A stretch of DNA of 64,000 nt from Polyangiaceae bacterium (GTDB lineage: Bacteria > Myxococcota_A > Polyangia > Polyangiales > Polyangiaceae). The DNA lies in contig CBDCTZ010000014.1 in the NCBI GenBank assembly GCA_965222375.1, positions 512,001 to 576,000 of the forward strand, in the 5' to 3' direction. The notes under the pieces were generated by a model. That model was not told where the DNA came from. It worked only from the letters and a program-made list of their open reading frames with translations, and did no database searches. The translations under genes were made by a program, and so were the position numbers. Below are positions 18,586 through 28,510 of this stretch, piece after piece (within the stretch, counting starts at the first letter, position 1; each line of letters starts with the position of its first letter).

Positions 18586-19800
18586 ATGCGGAAGACGGCA
18601 GTTGTCATCGTAGGAGGCGGACCGGCGGGCGTAGCGACGGCGTTGTTCCTGTCAAATGCCGCGCCAGCGCTGACAGATCGAATCGTCATCCTCGAGAAGG
18701 AAACCTATCCTCGCGAGAAGTTCTGTGCAGGGGCTATTGGCACCCGTGGCGACCGTCTGTTGTCGAGCATAGGTATTACCGTCGACGTTCCCAGCGTGCC
18801 GATCGACGGCATGGCGTTTCGCGCAATAGGCAAGACGACGGTGGTGCGCGACGGCGGTATCGGCCGCGTCATTCGCCGCATCGAATACGATGCGGAGCTC
18901 GCTGGCATCGCGAAGAAGCGCGGGATCGAGATCATCGAGGACGCCAAGGTCGGTTCGATCCGCAGGGCCGCTGATGGATTCGAGGTCGACAGCTCCAAGG
19001 GTGGGTTTTGCTGCTCCGTTCTGATCGGCGCCGACGGCGTGGGCAGCGTGGTTCGCCGTGAGCTGGGCTTTGGGGCCACCCGCTACCGGGCCCAGGCCCT
19101 GGAAATCGACACCGAGGCAGTGGAGGACGACCTGCCGAGGGATGTGCTGCTCTTCGATGCCAGCCATCGACAGTTGCCGGGCTACTACTGGGACTTCCCG
19201 ACGATTGTGGAAGGGCGGGAACTGATGTGTCGCGGCGTCTACCTGCTCAGCTCCGGCGGTGAAACACCGCGCGTCCAGATTCAAGACATACTGGACGCAG
19301 AGCTGGAGCAGCGTGGGCTAGCCTTGAGCCGCTATCGCAAGAAACGCTTCGCCGAGCGTGGGTTCGAGCCGCATCAGCCGATTGCGCAGCCTCACGTGCT
19401 TCTAGTCGGGGAGGCCGCCGGCATCGATCCGGTTACCGGCGAGGGCATTGCTCAGGCACTCTTCTACGGCGCAACCGCTGGCCGCTACATCGCGGATCGC
19501 TTCCCAACGGAGGCTTTCGGCTTCGAGGACTGGTCCGCAGAGGTTCGAAAAAACCACGTCGGGCGCGATCTTCTGGTGCGCGAAAAAGGGGTGCCGCTGT
19601 TCTACGGCGACGCCCGCCCAAGGGTAGAGCGCTTCTTGCACGCGTCTCCCGAGTTTATCCGCCTCGGCCTGCAACATTTTGCCGGCAAACGCTGGTCGAA
19701 ACCTCGGGCCGTGCAAGCAGGGCTGCAGGCGCTCGGGCATACCGCGCTGTGGGGTGCGGCTCGCATCTTCAGCAGCGGCGAGGCTCGGGATTTCGATTGA
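18586..19800 (+). CDS. FAD-dependent oxidoreductase (geranylgeranyl reductase-like)
   Basis: GGGPAG, YPREKFC, IGADG and LVGEAAG.DP.TGEGI motifs. Confidence 0.85.
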   Translation: MRKTAVVIVGGGPAGVATALFLSNAAPALTDRIVILEKETYPREKFCAGAIGTRGDRLLSSIGITVDVPSVPIDGMAFRAIGKTTVVRDGGIGRVIRRIEYDAELAGIAKKRGIEIIEDAKVGSIRRAADGFEVDSSKGGFCCSVLIGADGVGSVVRRELGFGATRYRAQALEIDTEAVEDDLPRDVLLFDASHRQLPGYYWDFPTIVEGRELMCRGVYLLSSGGETPRVQIQDILDAELEQRGLALSRYRKKRFAERGFEPHQPIAQPHVLLVGEAAGIDPVTGEGIAQALFYGATAGRYIADRFPTEAFGFEDWSAEVRKNHVGRDLLVREKGVPLFYGDARPRVERFLHASPEFIRLGLQHFAGKRWSKPRAVQAGLQALGHTALWGAARIFSSGEARDFD

Positions 19801-19874
19801 TTTTTCGGCGGCTTCCGCAGCGGGCCCCCGGCCCCCGTTCGGTCGCGCTGGTTTTGGTGTATGAACGGCGCGTC

Positions 19875-21830
19875 ATGAAATCGCTTGTTCGCGCTACGTG
19901 GGGGGCCAGCGCCCTGTTGCTCACTTTGGCTTGTGGTCCTGGAAAGCCAGCCTCAAAAACCCCCGGCGAGCCGGGAGGTCCGGGCGGAAATACCTTGGCC
20001 TCGGATGGTGTCGCTCCGGATCTGAGCCCCGTCGCGCCGCCGAAGGAGCTGTTCCTCTTGGGCCGTATCAAGAACCCAGCTGCGGTCATGGACGTTGCCG
20101 CGAGTTGGGCTAAGCTGCCCATGGATTGGCGCCGTGAGTTGAGCAAGGCCGAGCCCGGCGTGGATCAGGTTCTGCACTGGGACGCTCCAGTGGAAGTTGC
20201 GGCGGCCTTGGATCCGGGCGGCCGCGGGGACGTGCCCCAGCCTTTCGCGGTGGTTTCCGTGGGCCTGCGCGGACTGGAGCCAGCGTTGGATTTGGTGCGC
20301 CGCTCGGGTGAAAGCGTGCGCCAAGTTCGGGCTGGCGTGTATCGAGTCGGGCGAGGAGGCCCAAGCTGCGTGCTGGCTGCGTCGGTTGGGCCCGCGCCCG
20401 CGCGCATTGTCTGCGGTGACCGCGAAGAAGACCTTGACGCGCTGCTGCCTTATGCGACTCGCGGCCTGCCCAACGAGAACCTCGGCACCAAGGACCTTCG
20501 AATCGAATTGCGCGCTGAACCCTGGCGGCGCAACTACGCGGCGGAACTCCGTCAGGCCAAGACCCTGGCTACGCCATTTGTGCTGCGCAAGATGTCCCTG
20601 GATGACGCGCGCTTCGACCGTCCTCTGGCCGATGCGGTTCACGCTCTGACGGACGAAGCGTTGGCGTTGGTGGAAGACGTCGATCTGGTGCGCCTAGATG
20701 CGTCCGTGAACAAGGGCGCGGGCCATGCTGACGCGGTTTTCTCGGCGAAATTCCGGGGAACCAACTCCTGGGTCGTCACTTCTCTGGTACAGGCTGCCGC
20801 CCGGGCCAACACGGCGCCCAAGGCCTTTTTCAATCTGCCCAAGGATGCCACGGCGGCGAGCTATAGCGTGGCGACGGATCCGAAGCGGGGAGAACCGATT
20901 CGGCGCAATCTGGGTGAGTTGTTGGATGGCTTTTTGGCTCACTCAAAAGTGCCCAAGCGTCTGCGAGATCAGGCCTCGTCATTGCTGGACGAAATGTGGG
21001 TGACCGAGAGTGGCTCTGTCTACGCTCGAGGGGAAGTTCCAGGCTTGCCGGTCCCCAAAGACAGGTTCTCGGCTCAGGAGCGGGAGCAACTGCGGGTCGG
21101 ATTCGGCTGGCACATCGCTGCGATTGAAGAGCCGATGAAGAAGTACAAAACGTATCTCGACCGGATCTTGAAGCTGTACAACGACCGTCAGCTCCGCGCG
21201 ATGGTTCAGAAAGAAATGCACATCAAGCCGAACGAGTGGCCGAAGGCGCGGGTTCGTGGCGGCCGCGGACTGCCGGCGGGCTCTTTGGTCTACGAACTGA
21301 CCCTACCCGGGGAGCTGTTCAAAGACTTCGGCGACGGTCGCGGCCCTGGCAAAGCTGGCAAGGCGCTGCCGATTGTTTTTGTTCTCGTACCTGACGGCAA
21401 GCGCACTTGGTTTGGACTGTCGGCGGACGAAAAACGCCTGATCGAGCGCCTGAGCATCGCCAAGAAGGGCGATGCGGCAAAGACGCTTGCGAGTCGGGCC
21501 GGGCTGTCGAAGATGCGCAGCCGCAAGGCCATCAGTCAGGGCTTTTTCTCGCTAATGACGTTCTTGGGATCGGTGCGCTCCTCGATGATGGGGTTCGCCA
21601 ACCCAAGCTCGGTTCGAGAAATCGAAAAAGTACTCAATGCGATGCCTAACCATGGCGAGACGCCCATGCTCACCGGCTTCACGGTCAGCAGGGGCTCCAA
21701 GCCCGAGCTCCGCTGGACGATTACCGTGCCCAAGGAGGTGTTTGCGGACCTCGGGGCCTTAGGACCTGCCATCGCCGCATCTGCCATGGGCGGCCCACTT
21801 GCGCCGGCGCCCATCGAACACAAGCCCTAA
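19875..21830 (+). CDS. Large hypothetical lipoprotein
   Basis: MKSLVR..LLLTLA-C lipobox; long open frame; start moved to ATG 19875. Confidence 0.75.
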   Translation: MKSLVRATWGASALLLTLACGPGKPASKTPGEPGGPGGNTLASDGVAPDLSPVAPPKELFLLGRIKNPAAVMDVAASWAKLPMDWRRELSKAEPGVDQVLHWDAPVEVAAALDPGGRGDVPQPFAVVSVGLRGLEPALDLVRRSGESVRQVRAGVYRVGRGGPSCVLAASVGPAPARIVCGDREEDLDALLPYATRGLPNENLGTKDLRIELRAEPWRRNYAAELRQAKTLATPFVLRKMSLDDARFDRPLADAVHALTDEALALVEDVDLVRLDASVNKGAGHADAVFSAKFRGTNSWVVTSLVQAAARANTAPKAFFNLPKDATAASYSVATDPKRGEPIRRNLGELLDGFLAHSKVPKRLRDQASSLLDEMWVTESGSVYARGEVPGLPVPKDRFSAQEREQLRVGFGWHIAAIEEPMKKYKTYLDRILKLYNDRQLRAMVQKEMHIKPNEWPKARVRGGRGLPAGSLVYELTLPGELFKDFGDGRGPGKAGKALPIVFVLVPDGKRTWFGLSADEKRLIERLSIAKKGDAAKTLASRAGLSKMRSRKAISQGFFSLMTFLGSVRSSMMGFANPSSVREIEKVLNAMPNHGETPMLTGFTVSRGSKPELRWTITVPKEVFADLGALGPAIAASAMGGPLAPAPIEHKP

Positions 21831-21900
21831 TCTGACGCATCGCGTCAATCCAACAAATTCGTCCAACTGCGTCGCTCTGTGACACCACAAGTGTCGCAGG

Positions 21901-23727
21901 ATGTATGTGCAGCACCGACATCGCTGGCCCTCGATTCCGCTCCTCGGCTCCGAGCGGCTGCCCGGGCTCCTTTGCCTCGTATTGCTGAGTCTGTGTTGGC
22001 CCACCGCCGCCCAGGCCTGGATTGAGACGTCCATTCGCTCGGATGTCGTGGTGCTCGACATCGCCCCCGACGGCCGCACCGAGGTGCATCACGAGCTGGT
22101 CATGCGCGTCCGGGGTGGGCCTCTGAAGGGGTTCGAGCTTCCTGGCGTGGATGCAGACGCGGATCCGCTGCCCAGCGCCACGGTCAGCCCGGTGAATGGT
22201 GCGACCGCTCGGGACATCTATCCGTTGCTCCTGGAGCGGCGGGACGACGGCACGTTGCGCATCGACGTGGATCACGAAAAGGGCCTACGCCGCGGTACCT
22301 ACCTGTTCAAGTTCTCCTATCGCACGAACCTTGCGCAACGCGGCGCACTCAAATCTCGCGGCAATTTCGTGGCCATGCGCTGGGTGGGCCCGCGGTTTTC
22401 CGACGGCGTGGACTCCGTGCGAGTGGTGTTTCGAGTGCCAGCAGCGACGGAGCCGCCGCAACTGGATACTTCGGCCAGCTCTGACGCTCCCGGTGCCGAA
22501 ACGGGCGGTGTCTTCCTCTCGACGCTGCGTCGGGCCCACGACAAGGACGAGCTGGAGGTCGTACGGCCCCACGTTGCCAAGGGCGAACCTGTCGTGTGGG
22601 AAGCGCTGGCCAGTCGTCGCGCATTTCCCGCCTTCGCCCCCACCGAAGGTGCACCGCCGCCTTCGAGCGCAGTCCCGACTCCCTCGCCGGAGCGTCGCGC
22701 GAGCTTCATGGGTGCGCTGCTCGGCGTGGCGTTGATTTACGCGTTGCTCGTCTTCCTGAAAGGCCGCGCCTTGGTGCGGTCCTCGCAGCGTCGCCAAGCT
22801 GCGTGCCGGGCCCTCGTGCCATTGCCCCTCGCACTCCGGGCCGCCCTGTCCGGGGTCGCACTCTCGGCTGCCGTCGCGGTCGCGATACTCACGACCTATC
22901 CGATCCTCGCGGCGGTTCTGATCGTGCTGTCCATGGCGCTGGCAACCCAGTTGGCACCCCGGCGCCTCCCGACCCCGAGAGCTCCGGGCAAGTGGCTGCC
23001 GTTCAGCGAAGACGACGCTTTCGGCATGCCCCCAGAAGCCTTGCCGGGTCGCTGGCTAGACGCGGGTAGCTGGCGCGGGTTCATCCTCTTCGCGCTCCTG
23101 CTGGGAGGGTTCGTGTTCGGCGCGCTGTGGCTACTGCCCCGTTCCGCCTACCACGCGATGATGGCGTTGCTTGCGACGTCGTGCCTCTTGCCCGTGTTCC
23201 TCAGCGGGCGCCAGAGCACCCTGCCGGCGAATCGAGCTCGAGCGCCCATGCGAGTCCTGCAGTGGCTCGCTTCCCGTCTGAAGCGCTTTCGAAGTGTCAA
23301 GGTCGTGCCCTGGGCACGGATTCCGAACGGTTCGTCAGATCCGGACGAGCTGCGCCTGCTGATCATGCCCCGTAAAGCGCTGTCCGGCCTTGCCGCCATC
23401 GAAGTGGGCTTGGAATACGATACCAGCGCTGCGGGAACCATGGAGCTGCCGTGGGTCATCGTGCGAGCAGCAGAGGGCTCCCGCGCTCATGAAGCGTTGG
23501 CGCATCGCGTCGCCTGGTCCCGGGGTCGCAAGGCTAACGAGCGCGTCGCGGTGCTATGGCCCCCTCTACCTACCCGTCAGAGTAGCCTGACCTTGATCTC
23601 GGAGCTGATCGTCCTGTTGAGCGATACGGGCCGGGGTCAATCTGCGAGCAGTGCTGCCAAGTCCAGAGGCAGGTCCTCGGCAACGCTGAAAGCTGGAACC
23701 ATCTCGTCTCCGGCCCACGCCACGTAG
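21901..23727 (+). CDS. Hypothetical membrane protein (exported beta-rich N-terminal domain plus about 5 TM segments)
   Basis: Signal-peptide-like PTAAQA-W, a soluble domain and several TM segments; start uncertain. Confidence 0.7.
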   Translation: MYVQHRHRWPSIPLLGSERLPGLLCLVLLSLCWPTAAQAWIETSIRSDVVVLDIAPDGRTEVHHELVMRVRGGPLKGFELPGVDADADPLPSATVSPVNGATARDIYPLLLERRDDGTLRIDVDHEKGLRRGTYLFKFSYRTNLAQRGALKSRGNFVAMRWVGPRFSDGVDSVRVVFRVPAATEPPQLDTSASSDAPGAETGGVFLSTLRRAHDKDELEVVRPHVAKGEPVVWEALASRRAFPAFAPTEGAPPPSSAVPTPSPERRASFMGALLGVALIYALLVFLKGRALVRSSQRRQAACRALVPLPLALRAALSGVALSAAVAVAILTTYPILAAVLIVLSMALATQLAPRRLPTPRAPGKWLPFSEDDAFGMPPEALPGRWLDAGSWRGFILFALLLGGFVFGALWLLPRSAYHAMMALLATSCLLPVFLSGRQSTLPANRARAPMRVLQWLASRLKRFRSVKVVPWARIPNGSSDPDELRLLIMPRKALSGLAAIEVGLEYDTSAAGTMELPWVIVRAAEGSRAHEALAHRVAWSRGRKANERVAVLWPPLPTRQSSLTLISELIVLLSDTGRGQSASSAAKSRGRSSATLKAGTISSPAHAT

Positions 23728-24548
23728 CTAGCGTGCAAGGCATGCCGCTCCGGCAATTCGTCCAGATCGTCCGAACCGTACAGCTCATCTCCGACAATCG
23801 GCGCACCGAGGTGCGCTAGGTGGGCGCGGATCTGATGGCGGTAGGCGCGAGACACGTGAATCTCGACCAACGTCCGTCGGGCGGTGCTCCGGACAATCCG
23901 GTACCGGGTCTCCTGGGCGCGTGCGCCCGGAGGCGGATCTCTATCGTAGACGGCCACCCGTCGCCCTCGGTCGGGATCGGGTCCGACAAACGCATTGATG
24001 GTCCCTTGAGCGGGCAGAGAAGTGGTCGATACCACTGCGAAGTAGCGTTTTTCGATGGCCCCTTGAGTGAGGGCCCGCCGCAAGACTTCGAAAACGCGGC
24101 CAGCTCGGGCTGCTACCAACAAACCACTCGTACCCGTGTCCAGGCGGTGGAGGATGCCCGGCTCCCGTGCTGAGTACCCGACGAAAGCCATCTCCGGATA
24201 ATGACTGAGCAGCGCTCCAGCAAACGTCCCGGGCTCGCCTCGCAGAGGTGCGGTGGCCTGGCCCGCTGGTTTGCTCGCCACGACGAGGTAGTCGTTTTCG
24301 AAGCAAACCTTCAGCGGCGCGTCCGTTTCCAGAGGCACGGGGCAGGCGGCTTCCAACTTGACGACGATATTGGCGCCGACGCGTGCCGGTTCACCTTTTG
24401 CGGCTCGGGTTCCGTCGACTTCCACCCGACCATTGGCAAAGAGCTCGGTGGCGCGACGGCGCCCAAGCCCGCTGATGTGACGCACAACGAGCTTGTCCAA
24501 GCGCTCGCCCTCATCGCTGTCGAGAACAGTGAAAGTAACGTCTCGCAT
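23637..24548 (-). CDS. RluA-family pseudouridine synthase with S4 domain
   Basis: GERLDK, KPAG, HRLDTGTSGL, HQIRAHL..LG.PI.GD.LY and LHA motifs; ATG overlaps the upstream TGA. Confidence 0.92.
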   Translation of the reverse strand: MRDVTFTVLDSDEGERLDKLVVRHISGLGRRRATELFANGRVEVDGTRAAKGEPARVGANIVVKLEAACPVPLETDAPLKVCFENDYLVVASKPAGQATAPLRGEPGTFAGALLSHYPEMAFVGYSAREPGILHRLDTGTSGLLVAARAGRVFEVLRRALTQGAIEKRYFAVVSTTSLPAQGTINAFVGPDPDRGRRVAVYDRDPPPGARAQETRYRIVRSTARRTLVEIHVSRAYRHQIRAHLAHLGAPIVGDELYGSDDLDELPERHALHASYVAWAGDEMVPAFSVAEDLPLDLAALLAD

Positions 24549-25954
24549 CACCAGACCCCGGAGACTCCGCCGCCCCACGCCGGGATCTCCTCGCCCTCTT
24601 CGTCAGTGGTCTGGCCAACGATTCCCGCCCAGGGCTTCAAGGGTAGCGCCGCCTGCTCGTCTTCTGGCTTGGCTGGTCCGGGACGAGTCATCAGATAGGC
24701 GATGGTGCCGCCCGCCACGACGCCCACCCCCACGCTCGCCAAGAAAGCGCGGTCTTTGCCCTCGCTGCGCTCATCGCCGAAGACTAGGGGGCTCGTTCCC
24801 GCCGCTCCGGTGAGCCCGCCTAGGGTCGCTCCCAAGTCGATCAGCAACACCCGAGATGGCGCGATATGGAACTTGGTCGCCAAGGCGCCGAAGACCACGA
24901 CGCCCGCGCCAGCGCCGTAGCCCATGCCGCGAGTTGGCGTGTTTTCCGTGCTGCCTTCGTAGGCCAGCTGTGTGGCGCCGCCCAGGAGTAGTCCGAAGGC
25001 CCCTCCGGAGTGGGTCAAGGTTGCGCCGCCCTCCCCCATGCCAGCAAAAGACAAGGAGGCAGTGGCGAGAGAGACACCCACGCTGGCGCCGAGCAGACCG
25101 TACATGTAGCGATCGGACTCGGGCTCGACACCATAGCCTTCCGCCAACAGCACGCCGGACAGCGTGGGCCACCAAGCGCCCGCAGAAAGGTACCAGGCGT
25201 CACCAAGGCCCACATCCCATTCGTCCGCAATGATCATCGAGCCGCCTAGCCCAATTCCGGTGCCAAGGGCGATGAGCGGATAGGTCAGCCGGTCGTCACT
25301 GGAGCCGCTGGCGCGTTGCAGAGAAAACCCGACGTAGCCGCCGAAGGCTGCGCTGTTGACAGCCAACACGGCCCGACCCTGGGAGCGTGCCGGCACGGCG
25401 TAGCTTGGTGCTCGCGGTTCCTCAGGCGTGTCCTGGCTGAGTCCGTCGCCAGAGCCGCGTCCCGCCTGCACCAGATCCCGGAGCATCACCATGGCACGGA
25501 TGGATACTTCGCGCGGCTCTAGCTCCATGCTCCGAACGAGCACGACTCGTGACCCCGGTGCCACCGCCACTAGGCGGACTCGAAAACGTCGGCCCGAGAC
25601 TTCCAGTCTAGGTGACACGACCCAGCGCTCAGCCGCGCGGGCAACGAGGGCGTCCTCGGTCAGTTCTCGAGCATTGGCCTGCAAGCGCTCGGAGACGTCC
25701 AAGCTGAGACCAAGATCTTGTGCTGCTTCGTGAAGGACGGCATCAAGCTCTCGAGCCCACTTGGACAGAGCTGTCTCATCGCCGGGTTCCGGTTGCGTGA
25801 GCTCTGCAAACTGCCCCGGGGGCGCCGGGGCCGGGACGACCGTGGGCAGCAGCACGACGTCATCCGGCCCCGCCGCGGCGGTTGCCGCAGCACAAGTCAC
25901 GAGCCCTCCCATTAGGGAGGCTGCGACGAATCGTCTGAGGGTCGCTGGCGCCAC
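24548..25954 (-). CDS. Hypothetical exported/membrane protein with Gly-rich hydrophobic helices
   Basis: Signal-peptide-like N-terminus, many GxxxG segments and C-terminal GGVSGVW. Confidence 0.7.
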   Translation of the reverse strand: MAPATLRRFVAASLMGGLVTCAAATAAAGPDDVVLLPTVVPAPAPPGQFAELTQPEPGDETALSKWARELDAVLHEAAQDLGLSLDVSERLQANARELTEDALVARAAERWVVSPRLEVSGRRFRVRLVAVAPGSRVVLVRSMELEPREVSIRAMVMLRDLVQAGRGSGDGLSQDTPEEPRAPSYAVPARSQGRAVLAVNSAAFGGYVGFSLQRASGSSDDRLTYPLIALGTGIGLGGSMIIADEWDVGLGDAWYLSAGAWWPTLSGVLLAEGYGVEPESDRYMYGLLGASVGVSLATASLSFAGMGEGGATLTHSGGAFGLLLGGATQLAYEGSTENTPTRGMGYGAGAGVVVFGALATKFHIAPSRVLLIDLGATLGGLTGAAGTSPLVFGDERSEGKDRAFLASVGVGVVAGGTIAYLMTRPGPAKPEDEQAALPLKPWAGIVGQTTDEEGEEIPAWGGGVSGVW

Positions 25955-26029
25955 TTCCTAGCAAGCCTAAACGCGGTATGCCCGCGCGTGCAATCCGCGC
26001 GCCTCGGACGCGCTGGCGACTGCTGTGAT

Positions 26030-27556
26030 TTAGAACATCACGGTGGCGTTCAGCCACGCATCAAAGGCGTTTGAGTCGTCGACCAAGAACCGCCGACCGG
26101 GTACGTTGATGGCCGCTCGGTAGTTCGGGTTCGGGATGCCCGTAGCGGTATTGGAGCTTCCGCCGAAGCTGCCCGAGCGCGTGGACCTGCATGGGCCGGA
26201 CTTGGTGACATCGTTGCTGAAATCCGGGTTACAGGCCTGGTCGAAGGCGACGAAGTGTGACTGCACGATGGTGTAGCCGCCGCCGAGGCCGAATTTCACG
26301 TATTCGCCGGCTTGCCAGGTGAACTCCGTCGAGAAGGTGTAGCGACCGTGCTGCTGCACGTCGGTGAGCCCGGTGAAGTAGACCTTTTGGGAGCCCGGGT
26401 CGACTTCGGAGCCCCCGGCGCCATCGTCTCGAAAGCTGGAGTAGTTGGGCAGGCGCAGGGAACGCGCATCGCTGGACCCCAAAGCGTCGAACAGCTCCGA
26501 GTAGTCGCGGCCCTCGGAGACGTAGGTGCCCGTGAAGCGGAAGTCGATCGAGACTCGCTGGAACTGGTCGCGGACCTCCCAGGGAATCACCGCCATGCCC
26601 AGGATCATCGTGCCTTGGAGCGGCGGATGGTTGACCAGGGAGCCTTTCAGGTCCGTGGAGCCGTAGTCGCTCGAGTCATTCTGGAACTCGAACAGGGCTT
26701 TGAAACCACCGTAGGGCTCGATGTACTTGATCCGCTTCGAAAGGAAGGTGTGCAGCTCCAGAGCGGTGGTGCCGCGGCTGACGCCCGCCTCCCGTTCCCC
26801 GGAGAAGTTCCCTTCGAGTTGACGCCCCTGCGCGTCCGGGAATTCCCCGCTGACGCCGTTACGGTTGATGTCCGACGGATATGCGCATTTCTTCTGGGGG
26901 CCTGGTTGATTGAGCCCGTTGGTGCTGCCGTTGCAGGCATGCATAGGTTCCGACACATTGAAGCGACCCTCGAGCCCAACGACCCACGTGGGTTTCGTCC
27001 GATCCCGAAACTGATTCATGATCGCGGCGTCCAACCCCACCGCCAGGTATTCGATGCCACTGCGCTTGGGCGACTCGAAGGGCAGGCTGAACACCTGCTC
27101 GCCTGGCGCGCCCTGCAGGATGACGGATTGCTGCGAGTCGCTGCCGTCCAAGCCTTCGAGCTTCCGGCTGTTGGACAAGATGATCGGCAGCCGGAACGTG
27201 AGCGCAATGTCCTTGAATATACCGACACTAGCCTTGGTATTGAGGCGGCTCGTCGTCTCCGAGTACTTCGCGACATTCATGGTGTCGGAGACGTAGCCAC
27301 CGGTGGTCAGGCCGGCTTGATTGATAGCGGACTCACGACGGATCTTCGCGTTCTTCCAGGTTTGTTGGAAGCCCAGTGAAATGTGTAAGTCGAATGGGTC
27401 GTCGCCGTCGAAGGCGTCGACCACTTGGGTGATCTCTGCTGGTTCATTCAGGACGGCAGGCTCACCGGTGAGCGCAGGCTCGTCCGCCCAGGCTACTGGG
27501 GCCAGCGTCAGGGCCGCGAGAACCGGCCCAAAGGTGGTTAGGAAAGACTTTTTCAT
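26030..27556 (-). CDS. Putative outer-membrane beta-barrel protein (myxobacterial type)
   Basis: Signal peptide (APVAWA-D), alternating amphipathic strands and C-terminal AWLNATVMF ending in Phe (BAM-type signal). Confidence 0.7.
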   Translation of the reverse strand: MKKSFLTTFGPVLAALTLAPVAWADEPALTGEPAVLNEPAEITQVVDAFDGDDPFDLHISLGFQQTWKNAKIRRESAINQAGLTTGGYVSDTMNVAKYSETTSRLNTKASVGIFKDIALTFRLPIILSNSRKLEGLDGSDSQQSVILQGAPGEQVFSLPFESPKRSGIEYLAVGLDAAIMNQFRDRTKPTWVVGLEGRFNVSEPMHACNGSTNGLNQPGPQKKCAYPSDINRNGVSGEFPDAQGRQLEGNFSGEREAGVSRGTTALELHTFLSKRIKYIEPYGGFKALFEFQNDSSDYGSTDLKGSLVNHPPLQGTMILGMAVIPWEVRDQFQRVSIDFRFTGTYVSEGRDYSELFDALGSSDARSLRLPNYSSFRDDGAGGSEVDPGSQKVYFTGLTDVQQHGRYTFSTEFTWQAGEYVKFGLGGGYTIVQSHFVAFDQACNPDFSNDVTKSGPCRSTRSGSFGGSSNTATGIPNPNYRAAINVPGRRFLVDDSNAFDAWLNATVMF

Positions 27557-27615
27557 CCCCAGATGTCGCTAGCGGGACGCTAGCGGCGCACACCCGAAAC
27601 TGTCAACGGAAGCTG

Positions 27616-28500
27616 TCACGGACCTGCCTTTGGCACGCTCTTCCAGCGGGAATTTGCGATCTTCAGACTGCCGGCCAGCCGGCGGAACTCGGCCGGATCG
27701 GGCTCTAAACCGGCTGCCGCCCCAGCGGAGAAGCAGGCCGCCCGAGCCGCCTGGCGAGCCTTGAGGTGGATGGCAGCACGCTCTCCGAGGGGTCCCGAGT
27801 CCGGGCCAGGGGACTTGAGGACCGCTTTGGCCTTCTCCATCGACGCGGTCGCGGTCGCCTCGCACGCCCTGACGAGCTCCTTCGCGCTGGCTGGGCCACT
27901 GGCCACACTCTGTTGTTTGGCGTTCGTGAGGTGAGCGGGCCCGCGCAATTTGCTCTTGGCGGTCGTCGTCAGCCATGCCTCACCGGATACGGCCACGACC
28001 TTGGCGCTCTTGTCCGTCACCGTGACCTTGATCAAAGCGTTTCCGTAGCTGGCCGTGCCCCAAGGGTGCGCAACCACCACTTGCGCACCGGGGCGTGCCC
28101 CGGGCCCCGCCACGGATCGAAGCTCTCCGCGGCTCAGCAGAACGTGTTCATCGCCATTGACGCAAGGCATTGCCCGCGATGGCCCGAACAGCTGCACCTC
28201 ACGAGTGCTCACGGCGTGCCGAACGACGACCTGCGCGTCCTTTTCTAGTTCGAGGAACTGAGTTCCTCTCAGCGCGAGTCCGGCCTTCAGCGGGCCGCCG
28301 CCAACGATGCGGGACTTCCCTGTTGCTTTGACGATGCGGCAGGCGGGCCGCTTCGGTCGTCGAACCGTCGGCCGTGTGGTCGGGACTTTGGGGGCACTGG
28401 ACCGCGGGCGCGAAGCACTACTGGAGCTATCTGCTCCCGCGGTAGAGGGCCTGGTATTGTTGCATCCGCTCAGAGCGACGCCCACGAGCAGGGCGGCCAA
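27616..28500 (-). CDS. Lipoprotein with FecR-like beta domain, hypothetical
   Basis: ALSG-C lipobox just after the PP2C stop; HPWGTAS and VAVSGEA resemble FecR-type strands. TTG start at 28500 is inferred; the ORF-track start at 28683 overlaps the upstream gene. Confidence 0.6.
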   Translation of the reverse strand: MAALLVGVALSGCNNTRPSTAGADSSSSASRPRSSAPKVPTTRPTVRRPKRPACRIVKATGKSRIVGGGPLKAGLALRGTQFLELEKDAQVVVRHAVSTREVQLFGPSRAMPCVNGDEHVLLSRGELRSVAGPGARPGAQVVVAHPWGTASYGNALIKVTVTDKSAKVVAVSGEAWLTTTAKSKLRGPAHLTNAKQQSVASGPASAKELVRACEATATASMEKAKAVLKSPGPDSGPLGERAAIHLKARQAARAACFSAGAAAGLEPDPAEFRRLAGSLKIANSRWKSVPKAGP

Positions 28501-28510
28501 CCGCCGCAGC

